Source: Minisyncoccota bacterium (GTDB lineage Bacteria; Patescibacteriota; Minisyncoccia; Phycocordibacterales; PALSA-1337). From it: DNA of 64,000 bases. Every line of letters begins with the position of its first letter. Within the stretch, counting starts at the first letter, position 1. A model generated the notes under the pieces. It was not told where the DNA came from. It saw nothing but the letters and a program-made list of their open reading frames with translations, and ran no database searches. Below are positions 37,770-45,534 of the stretch, piece after piece. The position numbers and the translations under genes are program-made. The DNA lies in contig JBAZBL010000001.1 of NCBI GenBank assembly GCA_041671485.1, positions 23,037 to 87,036 of the forward strand. Reading direction: 5' to 3'.

Positions 37770-38255
37770 TTAAAGGGGTAGGTATTGTCGGCCTGTATCA
37801 AATGCAGTATCCGATATAGCTACCATCCATTGTTTATTCTTGCCATCACTACTTCGCCACCTTTTTTCAAATTTATCTATCTCCAATGTAAATCCTTCAC
37901 CATTCCAAGGATCATTGAGGATAATATTATCTTCATCTATACCAATAACAACAGCATAATGACCTTCTTCATTTGAAGGTTCAATAAAATTTATGATCAC
38001 TGGGTGACCATTATTTATTTGGTCTTTGATAGAGATTATTGATGTATCATTATCAACAAAAGCATATAATCCAGACTTTACTATTACATGAATGATGCCA
38101 CCGTGTTTTGTCCCATCTTTTCCTTGTTTAGAAATCTCTTTCAATTCAAGTTCTGATTTCTTTATACCATAATATTCAAGAACCATACGCAAAGAAGCAG
38201 GACCACATGATGTATTTGAATTTTGACTATAGAATGGTACCTTTATTGTTTTCAT
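37770..38255 (-). CDS. C39-like cysteine peptidase
   Basis: VPFYSQ...SCGPASLRMVLEYYG, GHYAVVIG and LNDP motifs (Cys-His-Asp). Confidence 0.88.
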   Translation of the reverse strand: MKTIKVPFYSQNSNTSCGPASLRMVLEYYGIKKSELELKEISKQGKDGTKHGGIIHVIVKSGLYAFVDNDTSIISIKDQINNGHPVIINFIEPSNEEGHYAVVIGIDEDNIILNDPWNGEGFTLEIDKFEKRWRSSDGKNKQWMVAISDTAFDTGRQYLPL

Positions 38256-38290
38256 AGATTCCTATATTTGCTATAATAACACTTAATACT

Positions 38291-39253
38291 ATGTCCACAC
38301 CATATGTAAACAATGCGATATTCTGGATAGAGATAGAGAAGGTCAGCCCAAATCCATATCAACCGCGACGAGAATTTGACGAGATGGCTTTGAAGAGCTT
38401 GGCAGAATCCATAAGGATGTATGGTGTACTCCAACCCCTAGTTGTGACTAGGAAAGAAGTCGAAAAAGATGATGGTGGACTTTCTGTAGAATATGAACTC
38501 ATTTCAGGTGAAAGGAGACTACGCGCATCGAAACTAGCTGGATTATCACAAGTACCAGCTCTCATAAGGAGCGGGGAAGACGGAGCGAGAGAAAAACTAG
38601 AGATCGCTATCATAGAAAATCTACAAAGAGAAGATCTCAATCCTGTTGAGAGAGCAAGATCTTTCAGTAGACTTATCAAAGAATTTGGCTTGAAGCAAAT
38701 ACAAGTCGCAGACAAAGTAGGCAAGAGCCGTGAATATGTAGCTAACACTTTGCGTATATTGGCTTTGCCAGAAGAAATACTAACTGCTTTGGGAGAAGGA
38801 AAAATATCAGAAGGGCATACAAGACCGCTTCTTATGTTATCGGGAAGACCCGAAGAACAGCTTGTTCTATTCAAGGAAATTTTGATCAAGAAATTATCAG
38901 TGCGTGATGCAGAATCAGCTTCGAGAAGGGTTGCAACAGATAGGGTCAGGAATCGTGACAAATATCTGGACCCAGCAGTACTTGAAATTGAAAAGAAACT
39001 GAACGAAGCTCTAGGTACACGAGTAAAGGTTGATAGGACAAATGAAAATGGTGGTACTGTAAAAATTGACTTCTTTTCTACAGATGATCTTCGCGCATTA
39101 TTGGTCAAACTAGGCGCAGAATTGAATCTAGGTGAAGCAACAAAAGCAGACGCCAAATTGCAAAATAATTCACCAGTTGATGATCGTTCACCAGATGAAA
39201 TACAAAAAGAAGAGAACGAGGATCTTTATTCTCTGAAGAATTTTTCGGTTTAA
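38291..39253 (+). CDS. parB: Chromosome partitioning protein ParB/Spo0J
   Basis: PNPYQPRREF, GERRLRA, ENLQREDL and SEGH.R.LL motifs. Confidence 0.95.
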   Translation: MSTPYVNNAIFWIEIEKVSPNPYQPRREFDEMALKSLAESIRMYGVLQPLVVTRKEVEKDDGGLSVEYELISGERRLRASKLAGLSQVPALIRSGEDGAREKLEIAIIENLQREDLNPVERARSFSRLIKEFGLKQIQVADKVGKSREYVANTLRILALPEEILTALGEGKISEGHTRPLLMLSGRPEEQLVLFKEILIKKLSVRDAESASRRVATDRVRNRDKYLDPAVLEIEKKLNEALGTRVKVDRTNENGGTVKIDFFSTDDLRALLVKLGAELNLGEATKADAKLQNNSPVDDRSPDEIQKEENEDLYSLKNFSV

Positions 39254-39259
39254 CCTGTA

Positions 39260-41710
39260 TCAAGGATTAACTTCCTTTATTTTCTTTTTGAATCCACGTT
39301 GTTTCTTTTCTTGTGCCAATAACTCTAATGCACGTTCGAATGTAATATTGTAAATATCATCTGGTGCTTTGACTGAACGGAAGTCGCCATCAAGGACGAC
39401 GTATGGACCAAAACGTCCGATCGAAGCTGTAATTTCTTTATTTGTCTTTGGATCTATACCCAATACTTTTGGCAAACTCAAATATTTGAGAGCATCTGCA
39501 ACCGTAACTTTCATAGGATCAGCGTTCTTTGGAATCGAGGCCATCTTTGGTTTAAAATTAGCAACAATTTTATTGGCATCTTGCTCTTCACTTTTCACTT
39601 TTAACTTTTCCCCGCGCGCCAAGCTTCGCCCGGCGAAGCGGGCGGGACTTTTAATCTTTATTTTCCCCTTAATCCTCTCCCCCAACTGCACATATGGTCC
39701 AAATCTTCCATTCAAAACAAATATTGGCAATCCTGTTGTCGGATCTATACCTATAGGTTCATCTTTCTTGAATTCCATACCGTCTATAGTGAGTGCTCCA
39801 TCACAATCGGGATATTTTGAACATGATATAAATTTGCCGTTCTTTCCTAGTTTTATTTCCATAGAAGGACTGCCACATTTCGGACATTTGAACTTTGAAT
39901 CTGCTAAACCAAGATTGGTCAATTTGTCTATCTTTTCTTTGGACTTCACTTCTTTGTGAAATGGTCCATAAAAGTCAGTAAGAGTCTTCAAATATGTACG
40001 TTCACCATTTGCTATTTCATCGAGTTCATTCTCCATCTCTGCTGTAAAGTCATCACTTATATAAGTAGGGAAGTTCTCCTCTAGGAATGTAGAAACAACT
40101 TCACCTATATCGGTCGGCTTTAGAGAGCGACCCTCCTTTTCTACATAACCTCTATCTTCTATAGTCTTTGAAATAGAAGCGTATGTAGAAGGACGCCCTA
40201 TGCCTCTCTTTTCCAATTCTTTGATCAAACCTGCTTCTGTATATCGAGACGGTGGTTGTGTTTGCTTTTCTTCGGAATCAATATTCAAAAGCTTCAATGA
40301 TTCTCCTTTATCACATTTTGGTAAATTAACTTCATCGCCACTTGAATCTGGATCAGCCTTGAGCCAGCCGTCGAATAAAATACGAGAACCATTTGCTTCG
40401 AAGTTTGGGATGCCACCGGCCGCTTCTCCCTCCTCGGCGCGACTAAATGTCTTCGTTTGCTTCGCAAAGTCGACATTTGTCGCCGCCTCGACGGTCGAAG
40501 CGGCCTCCGACGCCGTTCGCGGAGGGAGAATGTTCTCCACCGATTCCAAAATGTTTGCAATAATCTTTGTTTTCGCCAATCTTGCATCTGCCATTTGAGA
40601 AGCAACCGCTCTTTGCCAAATAAGTTTATAAAGACGCTTTTGTTCATCCGTATGTCCAGCAACAGATTTATTGAAATGACTTGGTCTTATAGCTTCATGT
40701 GCTTCTTGAGCATTTTTGCTCTTTGTAGCATATGTTCTTATATGTAGGTAATTTTTGCCATATTCTTTTTCTACCACTTGGCTTATCTGTGCCAATGCTT
40801 GCTCTCCTAGATTCGTAGAATCTGTCCTCATATATGTGATATATCCAGATTCGTACAATTTCTGGGCAATACTCATTGTCCTAGAAGGAGAAAAACCGAG
40901 TCTTGAACTAGCGGTCTGTTGCAAAGTAGATGTTATAAATGGTGCGCGTGGAGATCTCTTTTGTTCTGATTCTTCTATGTCTATGACTTTCCAATCATTC
41001 TTTTTTGCAGTGTCAATTATGTATTCAGCTTCTTCTTTCTTCTTTGGCTCTACAGAACAAGATAGATGCAATTTACCATCTTTTGTAGTCAACCAATCTC
41101 CAGCAATAGTCCAATATGTCTCTGGCTTGAATGCACGGATCTCTCTTTCTCTCTCCATTATTATACGTAGAGCAGGGGACTGGACTCGGCCAGCAGACAA
41201 GCCATAACGAACTTTTTTCCAGATAAGTCCGGAGAGATCATATCCTACTATCCTGTCTAGAACACGACGAGCTTCTTGTGCTTCTTTTAGATTTTCATCT
41301 ATAGGTCTAGGACTTTTGAGAGCTTCCTCTACAGCTTCTTTTGTAACTTCATGATATGTGATTCTCTTTATCTTCGATGCAGGGATCTTGTCATAACCAT
41401 CAGACAAGCCCTTCTTGGTCAGAAGCTCCTTCAAATGCCAAGCTATGGCTTCACCTTCACGGTCTGGGTCGGTTGCAAGAAGTATTTCATCGGCTTTCTC
41501 TGCTTCAATCCTTATTTCATCTATGATAGTTTGCTTCTTTGCTACGACTTCATAGTGGGGTATAAAACCGCCTTCTATATCTACTGCTTTTTTATTGGAC
41601 TTTGGCAGATCACGCACATGACCAACAGAAGCACGTACGATAAAATCTTTTCCCAAATATTTGGAAATAGTTTTTGCTTTTGAGGGGGACTCGACGATCA
41701 GTAGTTTCAT
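39260..41710 (-). CDS. topA: DNA topoisomerase I
   Basis: IVESPSKAKTI, ATDPDREGEAIAW, SAGRVQS, ITYMRTD and GIGRPSTY motifs; zinc ribbon and Toprim_C repeats. Confidence 0.97.
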   Translation of the reverse strand: MKLLIVESPSKAKTISKYLGKDFIVRASVGHVRDLPKSNKKAVDIEGGFIPHYEVVAKKQTIIDEIRIEAEKADEILLATDPDREGEAIAWHLKELLTKKGLSDGYDKIPASKIKRITYHEVTKEAVEEALKSPRPIDENLKEAQEARRVLDRIVGYDLSGLIWKKVRYGLSAGRVQSPALRIIMEREREIRAFKPETYWTIAGDWLTTKDGKLHLSCSVEPKKKEEAEYIIDTAKKNDWKVIDIEESEQKRSPRAPFITSTLQQTASSRLGFSPSRTMSIAQKLYESGYITYMRTDSTNLGEQALAQISQVVEKEYGKNYLHIRTYATKSKNAQEAHEAIRPSHFNKSVAGHTDEQKRLYKLIWQRAVASQMADARLAKTKIIANILESVENILPPRTASEAASTVEAATNVDFAKQTKTFSRAEEGEAAGGIPNFEANGSRILFDGWLKADPDSSGDEVNLPKCDKGESLKLLNIDSEEKQTQPPSRYTEAGLIKELEKRGIGRPSTYASISKTIEDRGYVEKEGRSLKPTDIGEVVSTFLEENFPTYISDDFTAEMENELDEIANGERTYLKTLTDFYGPFHKEVKSKEKIDKLTNLGLADSKFKCPKCGSPSMEIKLGKNGKFISCSKYPDCDGALTIDGMEFKKDEPIGIDPTTGLPIFVLNGRFGPYVQLGERIKGKIKIKSPARFAGRSLARGEKLKVKSEEQDANKIVANFKPKMASIPKNADPMKVTVADALKYLSLPKVLGIDPKTNKEITASIGRFGPYVVLDGDFRSVKAPDDIYNITFERALELLAQEKKQRGFKKKIKEVNP
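39609..39647. repeat. Short GC-rich hairpin in frame in the topA C-terminal region, flanked by heptamer-like repeats
   Basis: GCTTCGCC-C-GGCGAAGC stem inside CCCGC...GCGGG; encodes SPARFAGRSLARG. Confidence 0.7.
40418..40505 (-). repeat. In-frame palindromic element, copy 2 (inside topA)
   Basis: Minus strand reads GGCCGCTTC-GACCGTCGAGGCGGCGACAAATGTCGACTTTGCGAAGCAAACGAAGACATTTAGTCGCGCCGAGGAGGGA-GAAGCGGCC. Confidence 0.9.
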
Positions 41711-41771
41711 GACTTTTAGTATTGCATGAATGAATTGTCTAAGTCAAAAAAATCTGGTAGATTATGCATAT

Positions 41772-41844
41772 CCGCCCATAGCTCAGCTGGTAGAGCAGAT
41801 CCCTCTTAAGGATAAGGTCGTAGGTTCAAATCCTACTGGGCGGA
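41772..41844 (+). tRNA. tRNA-Lys(CTT)
   Basis: Acceptor CCGCCCA/TGGGCGG; anticodon loop CTCTTAA; T-loop TTCAAAT. Confidence 0.93.
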
Positions 41845-41874
41845 CAGAAATAGATAAAAGATCAAAAATAAAAA

Positions 41875-42246
41875 ATGATAAAAAACAAGAATAAATTTAA
41901 GAAGAGGTTGTATTCATGGACTTTGAATATAATTAGATTAACAGACACATTACCTGATTTATTGTCTGCGGATGTAATAGGTAAACAATTGATGAGAAGC
42001 GGAACAAGCATTATTGCCAATTATGTTGAAGCAAAATCTGCCAGTTCAAGAAAAGATTATATAAACTTTTTCACTCACGCACTAAAATCTGCCAATGAAT
42101 CAAAAGTGTGGTTAACAATGATGAAAGATTTAGAAATTGGAAATAGAGAGCAAACCTGTGTATTATTAAGAGAGTTAGATGAAATATCAAAAATATTGGC
42201 ATCTAGTATCATAACCCTTAAGAATAAAGGTGATAAAAATCTTTGA
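41875..42246 (+). CDS. Four-helix-bundle protein (23S rRNA IVP / TIGR02436-like family)
   Basis: 'IGKQLMRSGTSI.ANYVEA..ASSRKDYINFF..ALKSANES.VWL' family signature. Confidence 0.9.
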   Translation: MIKNKNKFKKRLYSWTLNIIRLTDTLPDLLSADVIGKQLMRSGTSIIANYVEAKSASSRKDYINFFTHALKSANESKVWLTMMKDLEIGNREQTCVLLRELDEISKILASSIITLKNKGDKNL

Positions 42247-42276
42247 TTTTTGATCTTTTATTTTTGATTTATTTCC

Positions 42277-42361
42277 GCCGGGGTGGCGAAATTGGTAGAC
42301 GCACTTGGCTTAGGACCAAGCGAAGCAATTCATGGAGGTTCGAGTCCTCTCCCCGGCACCA
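42277..42361 (+). tRNA. tRNA-Leu(TAG)
   Basis: Acceptor GCCGGGG/CCCCGGC; anticodon arm CTTGG-CTTAGGA-CCAAG; encoded CCA. Confidence 0.96.
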
Positions 42362-42367
42362 AATAAA

Positions 42368-42949
42368 ATGGACACCCTCCACTTCTTCAAAGAGTCAATA
42401 ATAGACTTCAAAAATACTGGTAGTTTCTTGCCGAGTTCGAACAGGCTGGCAAAGCGTTTGAGTCGACCGATAATTGGAAAACCAAAATTGATAATAGTTG
42501 AGCTTGGTGCTGGTACTGGATCGGTAACAAAATACCTTTTGAAAATACTACCAAAAGACTCAATGCTCATATCCCTAGAGATAAATGAATCGCTTATAAA
42601 CAAACTGACAAAGAATATTCATGATCCTAGACTAATGCTGATCAAAGGGGATGCATCGAAACTTGGTACATATTTACAAGAATTGAATATTGGTAAGGTT
42701 GATTATATAGTTTCTGGATTGCCACTAGGCAATTTCTCACGAAAATCTCGCTATGCTATATATTCAGAAATTTGCACAAATCTAAAAGATAACGGTATAT
42801 ACACTCAATTCCAATACCTTCTTGCCAGCTTTGTTGAAATTCGAAGGATCTTCTCTATAACAGATCTTGCTTTTGAATGGCGCAATATGCCTCCAGCATT
42901 CGTATATACTTGTAAATTGCGTCAGCTGAATAATTTTGTACGAGGATAA
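42368..42949 (+). CDS. SAM-dependent methyltransferase (phospholipid N-methyltransferase PmtA-like)
   Basis: TGS.LPSS..LA, VELGAGTG, VSGLP, QFQY and N.PPA.VY motifs; start placed at ATG 42368. Confidence 0.82.
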   Translation: MDTLHFFKESIIDFKNTGSFLPSSNRLAKRLSRPIIGKPKLIIVELGAGTGSVTKYLLKILPKDSMLISLEINESLINKLTKNIHDPRLMLIKGDASKLGTYLQELNIGKVDYIVSGLPLGNFSRKSRYAIYSEICTNLKDNGIYTQFQYLLASFVEIRRIFSITDLAFEWRNMPPAFVYTCKLRQLNNFVRG

Positions 42950-43011
42950 GCAGAAATATGACCAAATACTAGTTTGTCAATACTCTAAACTTACTGTAAT
43001 ATTTGGAAAGT

Positions 43012-43083
43012 GGCCACGTAGACAAGTGGTAAGTCAGCGGTCTGCAAAACCGCTATACGCGAGTTCGATTCTCGCCGTGGCCT
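43012..43083 (+). tRNA. tRNA-Cys(GCA)
   Basis: Acceptor GGCCACG/CGTGGCC; anticodon arm GCGGT-CTGCAAA-ACCGC; U discriminator. Confidence 0.95.
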
Positions 43084-43220
43084 CTGCGAATTTTGCATAA
43101 GCGTAGCGAATGGCAAAATTCAGCATCCTCTCGAAGTTCGATCCGCCAGCTGGCGGAGAGGGACGAAGCAGGAATTAGTATTAATTTTTGATCTTTGATT
43201 TTTAATTTTTGACTTAATAT

Positions 43221-43304
43221 GCCCGGGTGGCGAAATTGGTATACGCGCAAGACTTAAAATTTTGTAGCCGTAAGGCTGTGTGGGTTCGATTCCCACCCCG
43301 GGCA
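43221..43304 (+). tRNA. tRNA-Leu(TAA)
   Basis: Acceptor GCCCGGG/CCCGGGC; anticodon arm CAAGA-CTTAAAA-TTTTG; long variable arm. Confidence 0.94.
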
Positions 43305-43308
43305 CACT

Positions 43309-43487
43309 AAAAAATATATAATGATAGACTTATTTGCCCGGGAGCAAGGTGCATTTGCACCTTGCGAGTGAGAATCGAAAAGTCTGAGCATATTTTCGAA
43401 CCTGAGCGAGCGATCAGCGAGTGGAAGGTGAGAAAATGCGAAGACTATACCGTTCCAGTATGGAAAGATTCCCACCCCGGGCACACT
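43309..43487 (+). repeat. tRNA-Leu(TAA)-linked structured element with a 21-bp duplication of the tRNA 3' end
   Basis: GATTCCCACCCCGGGCACACT at 43288-43308 and 43467-43487; ~55-bp core nearly identical to the tRNA-Tyr element. Confidence 0.9.
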
Positions 43488-43502
43488 TGATCTGTACCCC
43501 AT

Positions 43503-43820
43503 TTATATAGCAATCATATCTATCTTCTGCCTATTTTTCTCGCCTTTGTCTATTGCCACATCAAAATAGGGGACTCTCATCATCCTTGCGTGTTCGCATA
43601 CATATGTTCGAAAATCTGTGAGTTGTCTATGTATAAAGTCTAGTGCAGCCGGCTCTTGATCTTGAGGCAAAACAGTAAACATGATGACTGCCCTTGATCC
43701 ACGATTTTTTATTTCTACATCTGTAATCGTGATTAGGGAAGTGCGGTTTGATTCACGCGAAAAAAACTCCGCTGCTAACTCTTTTATAAGTTCTTTGAGT
43801 TTTTGTTCTTTGAAGCTCAT
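43503..43820 (-). CDS. rbfA: Ribosome-binding factor A
   Basis: LITITDV......A.I.FTV.P and MRVP...F..D motifs; lies downstream of infB. Confidence 0.85.
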   Translation of the reverse strand: MSFKEQKLKELIKELAAEFFSRESNRTSLITITDVEIKNRGSRAVIMFTVLPQDQEPAALDFIHRQLTDFRTYVCEHARMMRVPYFDVAIDKGEKNRQKIDMIAI

Positions 43821-43835
43821 GATTATTTTTCACTT

Positions 43836-45437
43836 TTAACCTACCTTTTCCACCGTCTTCACCGCCTCCACTCTATCTCCAACAGCAATTTCAACTTTTG
43901 CTTCTACCATAACACCAAATTCATGTCCCTCTCTAACTTCACCTGTTCTCATCTTCTTTTCTTGAAGTTCTCTTATCTTACCTCGTCCAATCTCTGCATC
44001 TCTTCTAATTATCTTTACTTCATTTCCAGTCAAAATAGTACCCGTTACAACCTTTCCACCAATAACTTGTTTATCTCTTTCTTTTGAAAATATCGCAAGA
44101 ATCTTGGCGAGGCCAATTGATTCCTCTATATATTCTTTTGGCACTTTTGCCAGTAATGAATCACGAACGAATTGAACCAATTCATATATAACTTTGAATG
44201 TTTTGACATTTACAGAATTGTGCTCGATCACAGCAACAACCTTCTTGTCTGGCATTGAATTGAAACCAATTATTGTAATATTTGGATCACCCATGGCAAT
44301 CTTTACATCATTTTCATTTATATCACCAATACCTTCGGAAACAACCTTTATTTGCACCTTATCATGTTTTATCTTTGCCAATTCATGTTTGACACCATCG
44401 AGACTGCCTATAACATCAGCTTTGATGATAATGGGGAATGAAATAATTTCTGTCTCTGTATTCTCTTCAGAATCAATAGCTGACTTGTTGTCGTCGCCCC
44501 CGTCGCAGGCGGCGACAAATGGCGACTTCGCGAAGCGAACGAAGGCATTTCGTCGCGCCGAGGAGGGGGCGACGACTGAAATCTTATTTACCTCCACCAA
44601 CTTCTCTGCCTCTTTCTTTGTATCAACTATAGTAAATGTACTTCCACAAACAGGTATTTCATTCCAGCCACTAACAATTACAGGCATTGAAGCTATCGCT
44701 CTATCAATCTTTTGTCCTTTGAAATCTTCTATAAAACGAATTGGTGTGTAAGATACACCTGCAACAGCAAATGTACCTATTCCAAGTGTTCCATTTTTTA
44801 TCAATAATGTGGCTTGTATTCCTTTTTGTGTATCCATTTCAGATTCTATGACTATACCTTCTGCAGATTTATCTGGATCTGTTTTGAGATCGGCCAATTC
44901 GGAAATCAAAATAACCATATCCAAAAGTTCTGAAATGCCTTCTCCATTCAAGGAAGAAATTGATACATTTGGAATATCACCACCCCAACCTTCAAGATAT
45001 ACCTCATTCTCGCCCAAACTTTGTTTTGTCTTATTTATATCTGCATTTGGTTTGTCTATCTTATTTATAGCAACAACATAGGGGATTTTTGCATTTTTAA
45101 TTTCGTTCAAAGCTTCTATCGTTTGTGGCTTTACACCATCTTCAGCAGAAACAACCAATATTGCTACATCAGCAGCTTTGGCACCTCTCTCACGGATAGT
45201 ACAAAAGGCTTCATGACCTGGTGTATCCAAAAATGTGATTTCATGTTTATTCCCATCACTACTTATATGCTCTACTTCATATGCGCCAACGTGCTGGGTT
45301 ATACCACCAGCTTCGCCTGCAACTATATTTGATTTCCTGATGAAATCGAGCAGAGTAGATTTGCCATGATCTATATGACCCATAACAACGACTATAGGAG
45401 GCCGCTTTATGCAGTTTTTTGTATTCTTATTTGGCAT
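43836..45437 (-). CDS. infB: Translation initiation factor IF-2 (lacks the long N-terminal domain)
   Basis: RPPIVVVMGHIDHGKSTLLD, GGITQHVGAY, DTPGHEAF, NKID and KADV.GS motifs. Confidence 0.97.
   Translation of the reverse strand: MPNKNTKNCIKRPPIVVVMGHIDHGKSTLLDFIRKSNIVAGEAGGITQHVGAYEVEHISSDGNKHEITFLDTPGHEAFCTIRERGAKAADVAILVVSAEDGVKPQTIEALNEIKNAKIPYVVAINKIDKPNADINKTKQSLGENEVYLEGWGGDIPNVSISSLNGEGISELLDMVILISELADLKTDPDKSAEGIVIESEMDTQKGIQATLLIKNGTLGIGTFAVAGVSYTPIRFIEDFKGQKIDRAIASMPVIVSGWNEIPVCGSTFTIVDTKKEAEKLVEVNKISVVAPSSARRNAFVRFAKSPFVAACDGGDDNKSAIDSEENTETEIISFPIIIKADVIGSLDGVKHELAKIKHDKVQIKVVSEGIGDINENDVKIAMGDPNITIIGFNSMPDKKVVAVIEHNSVNVKTFKVIYELVQFVRDSLLAKVPKEYIEESIGLAKILAIFSKERDKQVIGGKVVTGTILTGNEVKIIRRDAEIGRGKIRELQEKKMRTGEVREGHEFGVMVEAKVEIAVGDRVEAVKTVEKVG
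44490..44576 (+). repeat. In-frame palindromic element, copy 3 (inside infB, antisense to the gene)
   Basis: GTCGTCGCCCCC-GTCGCAGGCGGCGACAAATGGCGACTTCGCGAAGCGAACGAAGGCATTTCGTCGCGCCGAGGA-GGGGGCGACGAC; 87 bp. Confidence 0.9.
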
Positions 45438-45534
45438 TTGCTAAATAATAACACAGACTTTGGCCGTTTGACAAGTCACAATATTCAAAAAGATCTAGAT
45501 TATTGTCAATAATAAGATTATAATCGATAGTAAT

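Noticed and set aside
41875-42246. Diversity-generating retroelement (Avd-like four-helix protein plus the 128-bp repeat pair)
   Set aside because: No reverse transcriptase lies in the window, and the repeat pair differs at only two positions, not the adenine-specific pattern of a TR/VR pair.
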